Source: a virus | Taxonomy: Duplodnaviria; Caudoviricetes | Virus record (IMG/VR): IMGVR_UViG_2816332575_000002 | Location: 40,885-104,884 of that record | Direction: 5' to 3' (one strand) | DNA: 64,000 nt | In this document: positions 9,862 through 20,100 of the stretch, one piece after another | Position numbering within the stretch: position 1 is the stretch's first letter | Layout of the letters: each line of letters opens with the position of its first letter | Position numbers and translations under genes: made by a program | Notes under the pieces: generated by a model | Seen by the model: the letters and a program-made list of their open reading frames with translations, nothing else | The model's database searches: none | What the model was told of the DNA's origin: nothing

Positions 9862-10533
9862 ATGGACACCACCCCCACCCCAGCCGGACGCCCCCTCGCC
9901 GTCTGGAAGGGACTAACCGTCTCGTACGTCACTCCCTGGGCCGGCGAACGCAACATCTCCCGCGACCACCTGCTCCTCGACAATGGCGGGCTGCGTTACA
10001 GCGACGAACACTCGGAAGACCGAGATCCGCGAGGCGGGCTGTGGGAACGCTGGGACGGCACCTACGGTGACGGCGCCCCCCAGTTCGGTCCGTTCAACTC
10101 CGAGCGCCAGCACACCGCGATGGAGCACCTGCTGTGCCAGGTGTGCGCCCGTCCCGCCGACCGAACCACCAAGGGCTACCTGTTCCTGGAGCCGGGGCGT
10201 GCGACCGTCAGCAAACTGGAAGGCAGCCGCACCGTGCAGCCGCCGCTGTGCCTGCCCTGCGCCCTCATCGCCCGCGCACAATGCCCCCGGCTGCGGAACT
10301 ACGTTGCGCTGCGGGCACGCAAGCCCAGCGTGTGGGGACTGTACGGCACCGCATACGTCTCATGCCCCCGCCTCGCCCAGCGCCCCACCAGCTCACTCGC
10401 AGTGGACCGGGAGTGCTCGGTCGCGTACGGGACGCCGGAGCTGCCGTACGTGCTCGGCAACCAGCTCGTCCGGGAATATCGCCGTGTCACCATTGTCAAC
10501 CTCGACGAGGAAGCAGCCCGACATACGGCCTAA
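9862..10533 (+). CDS. Conserved actinomycete hypothetical protein (CxxC, CxxC)
   Basis: VSYVTPW..LRYSDE..DRD..LWER..LCQVC..PADRT..GYLFL..PPLCxxC. Confidence 0.7.
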   Translation: MDTTPTPAGRPLAVWKGLTVSYVTPWAGERNISRDHLLLDNGGLRYSDEHSEDRDPRGGLWERWDGTYGDGAPQFGPFNSERQHTAMEHLLCQVCARPADRTTKGYLFLEPGRATVSKLEGSRTVQPPLCLPCALIARAQCPRLRNYVALRARKPSVWGLYGTAYVSCPRLAQRPTSSLAVDRECSVAYGTPELPYVLGNQLVREYRRVTIVNLDEEAARHTA

Positions 10534-10581
10534 CCGTAGTCCTTACGAAAGGCCAGAAAGCTGGCTTCCCTAACGCCTCCG

Positions 10582-10625
10582 AAGAATCCCTTGTCAGTAT
10601 CTGTGGCAAGGGATTCTTTTATTTG
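10582..10625 (+). terminator. Intrinsic terminator-like hairpin
   Basis: AAGAATCCCTTGTCA...TGGCAAGGGATTCTT followed by TTATTT. Confidence 0.65.
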
Positions 10626-10635
10626 AGGAGTACGT

Positions 10636-10992
10636 ATGCCGACTGCCGAGACGAGCCCGCGGGACACGACCGGCCGCGTGCAGCAGCAGCTCGTAAAGGA
10701 CCGAGAAGTCGCCGAAAAGGAGGCTGCCAAGTCACAGCTCCGCGATGCGCAGGTAGCCGAGGCGGCTCGTGCCGAGCCGGTGGACCTCGCAGCTCCCCAG
10801 GTCGTAGAGGTCGAAGAGTCGCCCGTCGTCGTCAGCGAGAAGCTGTACGAAATGCGGGTCACCGAGGATCTCGAAGACGTCACCATCGGCTACGGAAACG
10901 TATACAACTTCGAGGCAGGTCGTACCTACAAGAACGTGCCCGGCCTGGTCTACAACCACCTCCGCGAAAAGGGCTACGTGTGGGGCGCCTGA
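10636..10992 (+). CDS. Phage hypothetical protein (probable virion/head-associated)
   Basis: GAGGAG RBS; first gene of the structural operon. Confidence 0.7.
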   Translation: MPTAETSPRDTTGRVQQQLVKDREVAEKEAAKSQLRDAQVAEAARAEPVDLAAPQVVEVEESPVVVSEKLYEMRVTEDLEDVTIGYGNVYNFEAGRTYKNVPGLVYNHLREKGYVWGA

Positions 10993-11303
10993 CATCGGTT
11001 GCAGCTGGCCGCCCGTATCAGCTCACGTCTCCCGAGGGGATCGGTGTCGGGTACGGGCGGCTGGAGCCAGGAAGCGTGGTCGATGTCCTTTCCGTGGCGT
11101 CGGCTGGTGTGACCTTCGCTCTTCCCGCCGGCCGTACTTCTCCGCCGCCGCGGCTCATCCGCTACCCCGAGCCCTTCTTCGAGGAGCACTTTGCGCCGTA
11201 CACGCCGCCAGTGATCACGCCGCCCGACCCGGAGCCCGAGCCCAAGCCGCAACCGCCGGAGGAACTGCCCAGCCCGGATGAGATCGCACAGGAGGTGCAG
11301 TGA
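10980..11303 (+). CDS. Phage hypothetical protein, Pro/Glu-rich tail
   Basis: 3' part of ORF 10134-11303; GTG at 10980 overlaps the upstream gene and fills the gap. Confidence 0.55.
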   Translation: MGRLTSVAAGRPYQLTSPEGIGVGYGRLEPGSVVDVLSVASAGVTFALPAGRTSPPPRLIRYPEPFFEEHFAPYTPPVITPPDPEPEPKPQPPEELPSPDEIAQEVQ

Positions 11304-11905
11304 CGGTGCCGTCCTACGTCCCCATCCAGACCAGCGCAGACCTGACGCGCGCCATGGTGGCCTCGCCGGACCTGCCGGCCACAGTGACGGACAGCCTGCA
11401 CACAGCCTGGGCTGCTCGACCGGATCGTGCCTCGATGATGGGCCGTCTGCCGAAAGGTTTCCTCCAGGAGCTGGTGACTTCAGCCTCCACCCCAGAGGGT
11501 CTGGCAGCGCTGCGCACCGAGATTGAGGCGGTACCGGACCGTACGATCACCCGGCACGTGCATCTGCTGACCCGCGATCCCGGCCGAACGGTCACGCTGG
11601 CGACGTTGCCGCAGAGCGAGGTCAGCGCTGACGGCTACCTGCCACAGCTCATGGACCTGGGCGAGGCCGTGGTCGACGACCAGAACCGGGCGACCGTCTC
11701 GAACCTGTCGGAGGTCACTTTCGGGCCACTGCTGCCGGGCCCCGGCACTGCGGTCATCACCGTCACCCATGTCGCCGTCACGCTCACAGCATCGGACGGC
11801 ACCGGCCGGGTCGTCAGCGTCATCGAGCTGGCCGACCGGCACGACATGCGAGCAGGGGAGTCGGTATCCATCCGTGCCGGAGCCCTGAGCTGCGGGGTGG
11901 GCTGA
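11300..11905 (+). CDS. Phage structural protein
   Basis: C-terminal VSNxxEVTF...TVTHVAV...GESVSI pattern seen in small virion proteins; coupled start. Confidence 0.55.
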   Translation: MTVPSYVPIQTSADLTRAMVASPDLPATVTDSLHTAWAARPDRASMMGRLPKGFLQELVTSASTPEGLAALRTEIEAVPDRTITRHVHLLTRDPGRTVTLATLPQSEVSADGYLPQLMDLGEAVVDDQNRATVSNLSEVTFGPLLPGPGTAVITVTHVAVTLTASDGTGRVVSVIELADRHDMRAGESVSIRAGALSCGVG

Positions 11906-12723
11906 TGGTTGACCAGACACACATGCTCGCCCGCGTCCGCTCCCTGCTCGGCGATTTCGGCACGGAGTTCCGCGACGTGCTGACCGGTACAGGCGACCTG
12001 TCCGAGTACGACCTCTCCCAGACGCGCGTCACGGTCACCAAGGCCCTGCTCGTCCAGGAAGGCCAGAGCCGCGAGCTGATCGCCGGCACGGACTACACCC
12101 TGCTCTCCCGAGAAGGCCGACTGCTCTTCCGAGAGCGCCTGGGCCCGCTGCCGCTGGGCGCCGTCGTGATCGTGGAAGGCCGCTCCGGCGGCATGGTCGA
12201 CGACCAAGAGCTGGCCATCCACCTCCAGGACGCCGTGCTCCAGCACTGCTCGGACCGAGTCATCACAGTCCGCTACCGGTCCGCGGAGGGCTTCTACCGG
12301 TACGAGGACGAGCCGGTGACCCTGGCGACGCTGCCGGAGATCGAGGAACTGCCCCTCGCCATCCTGGCAGCCGTCAACTTTCTGTGGGCGGTAGCAACGG
12401 ACGCCTCCATGGAACCCAACATTCATACGGCAGAGGGCACCCACATCGACCGCGGGCAGATATACGCCCAGGTCATGGCGCAGATCGAAAATCTTGAGGC
12501 GCGGTATCGGGACCTGTGTCAGCAGCTCAACGTGGGCCTGTACCGCATCGAAATGGCGACACTGCGCCGCGTCTCTCCGTACAACAACCGCCTCGTGCCC
12601 ATCTTCACGCCGCGCGAGTACGACGACTCTGCCTACCCAACGCGCCAGCTCCCGCCCATCGACCGCCGCAACGAAGACCCCTCTGGCATCGCATCGCCCA
12701 TCATCAGCGGGTTGACCGGATGA
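11905..12723 (+). CDS. Putative head-to-tail adaptor (neck protein)
   Basis: Position upstream of the sheath; function inferred from synteny. Confidence 0.55.
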   Translation: MVDQTHMLARVRSLLGDFGTEFRDVLTGTGDLSEYDLSQTRVTVTKALLVQEGQSRELIAGTDYTLLSREGRLLFRERLGPLPLGAVVIVEGRSGGMVDDQELAIHLQDAVLQHCSDRVITVRYRSAEGFYRYEDEPVTLATLPEIEELPLAILAAVNFLWAVATDASMEPNIHTAEGTHIDRGQIYAQVMAQIENLEARYRDLCQQLNVGLYRIEMATLRRVSPYNNRLVPIFTPREYDDSAYPTRQLPPIDRRNEDPSGIASPIISGLTG

Positions 12724-13259
12724 GGGCCGACTGGAAGCACGGGCGTTTCAGCACCGCCTATCACGCGGCCCGTATCGATGCTGGGCTGCGTGCCTGGCAG
12801 CACCGCAAGGGAGACGTCGTCACGTGGTTCCGGGCCGCGCCGGCGCAGTCCCACGCCCATGACGTATATGACGAGGGCGCAGCTGCTGGCGGCCGGGCCT
12901 ACCATCCACCGATCACGGTGCCAGTGCTGGACGTCTCTCGCGACCAGGGCGCCGTCGAGCGCACCGCGCAGGGCCTGTACCAGGTGGCTCCGCTGTACGT
13001 GACGGCCGCGGCGCGCCAGCTCGCCCGCGTCGGCATCTCCCAGCCGGACATCGACACCCACCAGTACCTGCGGGACTGGATCGGCTACGACGGCCGCCTG
13101 CACCGCATCGACGAACTCCAGGCCCTGGGTCGGCTCCGCCGGCACGACTTCGTGGTCTCGCTGAAGCTCACGGAAATCAAGCCCGACGAAATCACCGCGG
13201 ACACACAGCTCGACGAATACCGGCGCTTCGGCCTGCGCCACATACGCCAGCCACGGTGA
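12720..13259 (+). CDS. Putative head-to-tail stopper (neck protein)
   Basis: ATGA-coupled start at 12720; synteny. Confidence 0.5.
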   Translation: MRADWKHGRFSTAYHAARIDAGLRAWQHRKGDVVTWFRAAPAQSHAHDVYDEGAAAGGRAYHPPITVPVLDVSRDQGAVERTAQGLYQVAPLYVTAAARQLARVGISQPDIDTHQYLRDWIGYDGRLHRIDELQALGRLRRHDFVVSLKLTEIKPDEITADTQLDEYRRFGLRHIRQPR

Positions 13260-13323
13260 GCTAACACCCTGCGCAATACCGGTGTGAATCTTGACCTGAC
13301 GGAATTCCTGAGAGGTCGAATCC

Positions 13324-13932
13324 ATGCCGTGGCTGCTGAATGAAGACGCCGCACTGCGGAAAAAGCTCCAGGGCCTCACCGTGAAAGATGGAGCCCTGGA
13401 GCTTCCCGTCGGCGTGCGCTTCTCCTACCCGGAAAGCGAACTGGCCGACCAGACATTCCCCCTCATCATCCTGGAACGCACGCGAGCCGTCCGTGACCCA
13501 CGCCGGGAGGCCCGGGGCGTGGTGCAACTCGGGTACGCACCAGAAGGCCGCGCGTCTTGGCCTGGCATGGAAGACGGAACGGCCTCTCCGTACTACACGG
13601 ACAACCCGATTCCGTACCGCATCGAGTACCAGGTCAACGTCCTGTGCCGGAAGCAGGCCCACCTCACCGACCTGGTGGCCCGGCTCAGCGCCGTCGACTT
13701 CCTGCCAGTGCGCTTCGGATACCTAGAGGTCCCGGAGGACGGCACGGTCCGCAGCCTCGAACTGGAAGGGCCCGAATTCCACACCGGGTGGGACGAGAAT
13801 CAGAAGCGGCTCGTGACCGCGGTCTACCTCGTCAGCGTCACCTCCGAAGTGCTCGGGACGGTGTCCACGCCCACGCCGGTCAAGAAGGTCATCACCGACC
13901 TGCATGACACCCAACCCCAGTGGCCCGCATAA
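13324..13932 (+). CDS. Putative tail terminator/completion protein
   Basis: Directly precedes the sheath; FPLIIL and PYRIEYQV patterns. Confidence 0.55.
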   Translation: MPWLLNEDAALRKKLQGLTVKDGALELPVGVRFSYPESELADQTFPLIILERTRAVRDPRREARGVVQLGYAPEGRASWPGMEDGTASPYYTDNPIPYRIEYQVNVLCRKQAHLTDLVARLSAVDFLPVRFGYLEVPEDGTVRSLELEGPEFHTGWDENQKRLVTAVYLVSVTSEVLGTVSTPTPVKKVITDLHDTQPQWPA

Positions 13933-13940
13933 GGAGAAGC

Positions 13941-15512
13941 ATGGCGACCACCACCTACAAGCGCCCAGGCATATTCGTCGACGAGACCCTCAACCCGATC
14001 GTGGTGAACGAGCCGCCGGCCGGGGAGTTCGTCGCGGCCTTCGTGGGGGCACACGATTTCGGGCCGTCCAAGCCGACTCTGATCCGGAGCTGGGCCGAAT
14101 TCGTTTCCCTCTACGCCGGATTCAGCGGCGGCATGCTGCCCTTCGCGGTACACCAGTTTTTCAGCAACGGTGGCCGGGCCTGTTACATCGTGCGAGCCGT
14201 CGCGGCTGACGCGAAGACCGCGTCGCTTGTGCTGAAGGACCGCCAGGCCGGCACAGGCGAAAACTCTGGCGCTAAGGACGTGCTGCGACTCGTCGCCACT
14301 GCGGCGGGCACCTTCGCCAACACCATCGCCATCAGCGTGACCGACGCCGGCACCGGACCGGGACGTTTCAACCTGACGGTTAAGGCGGGCGGAGACACTG
14401 CTGGCGGCGCAGTCGAGCGCTACACCGACGTCAGCCTCGACCCCACCGACGCCCGCAATGCGGTCGCGCTCGTCAACGCGCCCCAATCCGGCTCCAAGTT
14501 CGTCACCCTCACCTACCTTGGCCCCACCACCTGGAAGATCGACAATACCCCCGCAGTGACGGTCGACCAGATGCTGGCCGGGGGCACCAACGGCGTTGCG
14601 GCCCCCGACCTTTCGGCGGCTGCCCAGTCGCTGGAATCCACCAACGTCGTCCTGAACATCAACCTTCCCGGAGTGTCCGATACCGCAGTCCTCAATCCGG
14701 TCATCGACTGGTGTGAGCGCTACGGCTATGCCTTCCTCGTCGTCGACAGCCCGCAGATCACCGAGGGCACGCCGACTGAAGTTGCGGTGTCGAAGCTCAA
14801 GGAAATGAGCCCGCTGGTCAACGGAGGAACCACGCCGGCGCCCCTGCGCGCTTCTTCCTACGCTGCCGTCTACGGCCCGTGGATTCAGACCGCCGATCCC
14901 GCAGTGGCGGCTGTTGGTGCGACGCGGCTCCTGCCGCCGGGTGGTGCCCTGCTGGGTCAGTTCGCAAGGTTCGACGTCGACCACGGCCCGCACCGTACGC
15001 CTGCCGGGCAGGACGCCGTTCTCCGAGGGGTGTACAGCGCGCAGTATCGATTCACCGACGCCCAGCTCGACGAGCTGAATGTGGCAGGCATCAACGTCAT
15101 CAGATTCGTACCGAACGCAGGCTATTGCCCGATGGGCGGGCGGACCGTCAAGGCCGGTTACCCGGACCGGTACATCGCCGTACGCCGCTTCCTCATCCAC
15201 GTGCGCAAGCTGCTGGTCGAGTCGACCAACTACGCCGTTTTCCAGCCCAACACCCCGGACCTGTGGGCGTCGCTGACTGCGGTTGTCACTCAGCGGCTTA
15301 CCGAGATGACGCAGGCGGGACAGCTCAAGGGCGGCAGCCCTGAGACGGCTTTCCGGGTGGTGTGCAACGAGACCAACAACTCTGCGCAGAGCGTCGCCAA
15401 CGGCGAAGTCCACCTCGACATCGGCCTTGCGTTGATGCGTCCGGCTGAGTTCATCGCCATCCACATCGGTCAGTGGGAGGGCGGCAGCTCGTCCTCTGAG
15501 GCCCTTCAGTAA
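13941..15512 (+). CDS. Contractile tail sheath protein
   Basis: YKRPGIFVDE, FFSNGG, AAVYGPW, LPP..PAG, GINVIR, YIAVRR, RPAEFI. Confidence 0.95.
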   Translation: MATTTYKRPGIFVDETLNPIVVNEPPAGEFVAAFVGAHDFGPSKPTLIRSWAEFVSLYAGFSGGMLPFAVHQFFSNGGRACYIVRAVAADAKTASLVLKDRQAGTGENSGAKDVLRLVATAAGTFANTIAISVTDAGTGPGRFNLTVKAGGDTAGGAVERYTDVSLDPTDARNAVALVNAPQSGSKFVTLTYLGPTTWKIDNTPAVTVDQMLAGGTNGVAAPDLSAAAQSLESTNVVLNINLPGVSDTAVLNPVIDWCERYGYAFLVVDSPQITEGTPTEVAVSKLKEMSPLVNGGTTPAPLRASSYAAVYGPWIQTADPAVAAVGATRLLPPGGALLGQFARFDVDHGPHRTPAGQDAVLRGVYSAQYRFTDAQLDELNVAGINVIRFVPNAGYCPMGGRTVKAGYPDRYIAVRRFLIHVRKLLVESTNYAVFQPNTPDLWASLTAVVTQRLTEMTQAGQLKGGSPETAFRVVCNETNNSAQSVANGEVHLDIGLALMRPAEFIAIHIGQWEGGSSSSEALQ

Positions 15513-15524
15513 AGGAGTTGGGGC

Positions 15525-16103
15525 ATGGCAGGTAAGACTAGGGCGACGGTTGAGCAGAAGTCCAGCCTCGCCTCGATAGCAACAGATCCTCTTCGCTCGT
15601 TCAAGTTTCACGTCCAGATATCCGGCCCGCAGGGGCTTCAGGGTGCCTATCCGAAGCTCGGCTTCATGGCGGTTTCCGGGTTGAGCATGACCACGGATGT
15701 TATCGCGTACCGGACCGGTGGAATGAATGTCTCGACCCAGAAGCTCCCGGGGCAGAGTGACTTCAGTCCCATCACGCTGTCCAAGGGGCTGTGCCCAGGA
15801 GATCAGCAGCTTCTTGACTGGATGGGTCAGCTCTTCAATGTGATGCAGGGCGTCGGTAAGACTTACGACACCAATACCGATTTCCGGGCCACGGTCGACA
15901 TCATGCTGATTGAGCATCCGGTCACCAAGTCCACGGCCAAGGTTCAGGCGGTGTGGCGGCTGTACAACGCTTGGCCCACCTCCGTTGCCTTCGGTGATTT
16001 GGACGCCGGCCAGAACATGTACGCCGTCCATCAGATGACCCTCGCGCACGAGGGATTCGATTTCAAGGTCGCCCCGAACGCTAAGTCCAGCGTCACACTC
16101 TAA
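15525..16103 (+). CDS. Tail tube protein (T4 gp19-like)
   Basis: DPLRSFKF, GFxxVSGL, YRTGG, KLPG, ITLSKG, NAWP, LAHEG. Confidence 0.92.
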   Translation: MAGKTRATVEQKSSLASIATDPLRSFKFHVQISGPQGLQGAYPKLGFMAVSGLSMTTDVIAYRTGGMNVSTQKLPGQSDFSPITLSKGLCPGDQQLLDWMGQLFNVMQGVGKTYDTNTDFRATVDIMLIEHPVTKSTAKVQAVWRLYNAWPTSVAFGDLDAGQNMYAVHQMTLAHEGFDFKVAPNAKSSVTL

Positions 16104-16112
16104 GGAAACGCT

Positions 16113-16979
16113 ATGACCACCGAAAACCTCGCCTACGACTGGACTTACGACCAGGCCGCCGCTCCGGCCATCGACCCTGCCTCCGACACCGCAGCAGCCA
16201 ACCGTGCAATGCAGCAGGTTCTGGCGGACAGTACGGGGCCGGCACCGAAGCCGCCTTTCCCCGGCAGTACGGCAGTTGTGCTCCCGGTGGACCTGGACAT
16301 CGACGGGCAGTCCGTGACCAGCGCCCGCGTACGGGAGCTGACCGGCGCCGACGAAGAAGCCCTCGCCGCAGTGCCACGCGCCTCGCTGGAGTTCTTCGAC
16401 ACCATCCTGCGCCGCGGAGTCACCGAGCTGGGCTCTGCCGCCCCTACCGAGCAGCAGCTCCAGGACATGCTCGTCGGCGACCGCGACAGCCTGCTCCTGG
16501 CCGTGCGCTGCGCAACCTTCGGGCCCAGCCTGGAGCTGCACGGCGTGAGTTGTCCCGGCTGTGACGAGCGCATGGACGTCACTATCGACCTGTCCACGGT
16601 CGAGTGCCGCGGCCTGCCGGAGGGCGAGCACACCGTGCGGCTGCGGGACGGTCGAATCGTGCACCTACGGTTTCCGACTGGCGCGGATCAGAAGTACATC
16701 CTCGCGGAGAAGAACGCCAGTCCGGCGCGCGTGAATTCCAGGCTTCTGGAGCGCTGCATGCGCTATATCAGCACCACTGAGCAGGCCCCGGCGGCGCTGG
16801 TGGAGGACGGCGCTGCCCTCGCCCAGAGCCTGGGGATTGCCGATCGCCGCACGCTGCTGATGTACCTCGCCGACCATGCTCCCGGCCCGCAGCTTGCCGA
16901 CCTGTCAGTGGAGCACGACGGATGCGGGGAGGAGGTTCCGCTGCCGCTCTCGGTGGCGGACATCTTTCTCGATCTCTGA
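16113..16979 (+). CDS. Tail assembly chaperone / T4 gp26-like hub chaperone
   Basis: VRELTGADEE, GDRDxLL, CPGC, FPTGADQ; lies between tube and tape measure. Confidence 0.75.
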   Translation: MTTENLAYDWTYDQAAAPAIDPASDTAAANRAMQQVLADSTGPAPKPPFPGSTAVVLPVDLDIDGQSVTSARVRELTGADEEALAAVPRASLEFFDTILRRGVTELGSAAPTEQQLQDMLVGDRDSLLLAVRCATFGPSLELHGVSCPGCDERMDVTIDLSTVECRGLPEGEHTVRLRDGRIVHLRFPTGADQKYILAEKNASPARVNSRLLERCMRYISTTEQAPAALVEDGAALAQSLGIADRRTLLMYLADHAPGPQLADLSVEHDGCGEEVPLPLSVADIFLDL

Positions 16980-17136
16980 TATCGAAGCGACGCTCCTCGA
17001 CACGGAATCGCTCGTGTTCGCCTATCGCTGGCCACCGAGCGAAATCAAGGCCCTGACCGTCCGGGAGCGGCAGTACTGGCGCGACCTCGCGCTCTGGAAC
17101 AAGGAACGAAAGGAGGCACTGAATGGCGTCCAGTGA
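16968..17136 (+). CDS. Start-less C-terminal chaperone extension (probable +1 frameshift product)
   Basis: YRWPPSEIKALTVRERQYW pattern; no nearby start codon or RBS; +1 frame relative to the upstream gene. Confidence 0.6.
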
Positions 17137-20100
17137 ACGCAGCGAACCGAACATCGCTGGACGCCTGCTTGGCGTATCCAGGCTGGAGCACGAGGTCGAT
17201 GACCTGGAGCGCCAGATCAGAGTGCTCGGCCAGAACGTGAGCCGGTTGAACCGGGCCTTCGGTGCACTGCCGACCGGGCTGGGTTCAGGCATGGGGGTCG
17301 CCGGGGCTTTTCCCGCGGCCAACCGGCCGACACCGGCCGGGACGGCACAAGCCACCTCCAATCCCAGCGGCACTGGCACTGCCGTTCAGCAGGCGGCAGC
17401 CATCATGCGGCAGCGCATGGAGGCGCGGCGAGCCCAGCAGAACGAAGCGGTCACTCGCGCCGCGGAGCAGCGTCGCCAGCAGGAGGAGGAGCGACGCCGG
17501 CAACGGGACCAGGCCCAGCGTGACCGCCAGGAGGCCAATGCCCGTCACGCTGCCGCCGCCGAGGCTCAGCAGCAGGCAATGCGTGAGGCGCAGGAACGGG
17601 CACGGCAGGATCGGGAGCGCGCAGATGCCAGTGCCCGCGCCCGGATCACCGCTCGGCTGGGCGGAGCCGGCGGGGTTCCGCCGCGGCCTACGGTTCCGCC
17701 GACCGTAGGAGCGGGCCAGCCCGGCCGCGGCGGCCGAGTCATTGACGGGGAGCGGCTGGCGTTTGGAGCGGGGCAGCTCGCCAGTCGAGCGGTTTCGTGG
17801 GGCGCTGGAAAGGTCCGGTCGCGCGTCGACCACATGACGGACCAGGCGTACGAGATGGATCGCTACGCCGCGTTCGCCTACAGCTCCTGGGCTGACCCGA
17901 AGGCTGGCTACTGGTCGCAGAAGAATCGTTTCCGCAACGACGCGATGCAGTCCTCTACCGCGCTCTCGACGGAGGACCTGAACACCGGTCTGTTCGAGGT
18001 CGACCGGCGACTCGGTATGGGCCGCAGCGAGGCTGAGCGAAGGCTGCTGCACCAGCAGGCATCGGGGTACGCGCTGCTCGATCCGACGATGGGTGTCGCT
18101 GATTCCGCGCGGATGATGACGGCGATGTACACGCCGCAGGCGTCCATGCTCTACCAGGCGATGGGCCTCGGCCCGACCATCGGTGCCGGCGGCAAGCGGA
18201 TATCACAGGGCCAGCTCAACCAGAACCTTCTGGACCGGGTTTTCCAGCGCGGCTACCGGCTGAAAAATGTGCTGGCTGCCTCCGAGCAGGGCGGGTCGCT
18301 GCGAACCACGCTGGAGGGGCAGGCCCGGCAGCTCGGCATGGGCCAGGACTGGGTGGAAAACCGGCTGACCCAGATCCAATCCCAGGCCCGGTGGCGCGAG
18401 CAGACCGGCGGTTCGGTCGACGAGTACGAGCGGCTGCTGCGCGATGCCGGCGGCACGGGGGAGAAAGCGGAGCAGGCCCGCGAGAGGCTGCAAAAGGGCG
18501 GCCTCGACGTCGACAACCTCCTCAATCAGAAGAAGCGCCGGGAGGGCGAGGAGCGCCGTCACGACAGCCAGATGATGGATGCCTTCGCCCCGGCAATGCA
18601 GGCCGCCACCGATGTCGTCATTGATTTCAAAGAGGCGCTGAACGCCATTTTGGAGCTGCCCGGCGTCAAGCACGTTGTCGGCGGCTACCAGGGAGTGGAT
18701 GCAGGTACCGGGGGACGACTGACGGGTGCGCTGAAGGGCGCGGGGGTCGGTGCGCTGACCGGCCTGGCGGCAGGCAGCGTTATCCCCGGCATTGGCAATG
18801 GCGTTGGCGCCTTGGCCGGCGGCATCATCGGCGGTATCGGCGGCCTGATCGGCGGAGGCGCGGCTGGTGGTGGCTCGATCGGTGGGGGAGCGGCCGGAGG
18901 TTCGGGCGGCTCGAAGACGCGGGCGAACTTGCATCAGGGCAGTGCCAACTCCGCTATCAAGGCGGCGCTGTCCCAGATCGGTGTCGACTACTCGTGGGGC
19001 GGCGGCGGGCCGGAAGGCCCATCCCGTGGCTTTGCGCAGGGCGCGAGAACGGTTGGCTTCGACTGCTCCAGCCTGATGCAGTACGCCTTCAGCAAGGTCG
19101 GGGTCCGGCTGGGGCGTACGACTTACGAGCAGCTGAAGGCGGGAAAGGGCGTAGCGTACAAGGACCGCCGTCCTGGGGACTTGATGTTCCCCAACAGCGG
19201 GCATGTGGTGATGTACCTCGGCAACGGCAAAATTGTCCACGCGCCGCGCACCGGGCAGAAAATCCGTGTCGACTCGGAAGACCATTTCGGGAAGTACATG
19301 GCGGTCCGCCGAGTGGTCGCCGGCGGAGGGGACACTTTCTCGTCGGACGAGCCGGGATCGACCTCCTCGGAGGCGGGCGCAGGAAACGACAACTCCGCGG
19401 CGACCGGAGCCAGTACGACCGGCACCATCACCAATGCGTACGGCTCCGTGAACGAGGTGGAGGCGCTGGCTGCCGCTCTTTCCGCAGGAGGCCGGGGAGC
19501 GGCCGGGGCAGGCGGAGGCAGCAAGAAGAGCGGCGAGGATGGCAGGGATGACCCAGCCGGTGCTGATGTGGACACCGGCGGATATTCCTGGGGCGCTATC
19601 AACGGCCGTTACACGAAGGTGCCGGCGCCGCCCGGCTGGGTCAAGGCCGCGATTCAGCGTGGCATGGCGGCGAAGGGCGTCTCGGGTGCTGCCTGGGCGC
19701 GGGGCCTGACCACCATCGCCTACCGGGAATCGGGCTACCGTCGCGACGCTCGAAACGACTGGGACTCCAATGCCAAGAACGGCGATCCGTCGGTGGGCCT
19801 GTTCCAGGTGATCGGCTCGACGTTTAAGGCGTACCGGGCGAAGTCGCTGCCCAATGACCAAACGGACCCGGCAGCATCGGCGGCTGCCGCTATCGGCTGG
19901 ATCAAGGCCCGCTACGGAAGCATCGGCAAGGTCCAGCAGGCTGACCCCAATAAGCCCAGCAAGGGCTATGAGATCGGCGCTTGGGACCTGCCGGAGGATG
20001 AGATCACGCAGGTCCACAAGGGCGAGATGATCGTGCCCAAGCGGACCGCGCAGACGATCCGCAACGCCCTGATGCAGGAATCCATCCCGGTCAAGTCCAC

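Noticed and set aside
13824-16664. Long minus-strand ORFs (also 18203-20017, 30473-32233, 34565-36121)
   Set aside because: Antisense shadows of well-supported plus-strand genes, expected in high-GC DNA.
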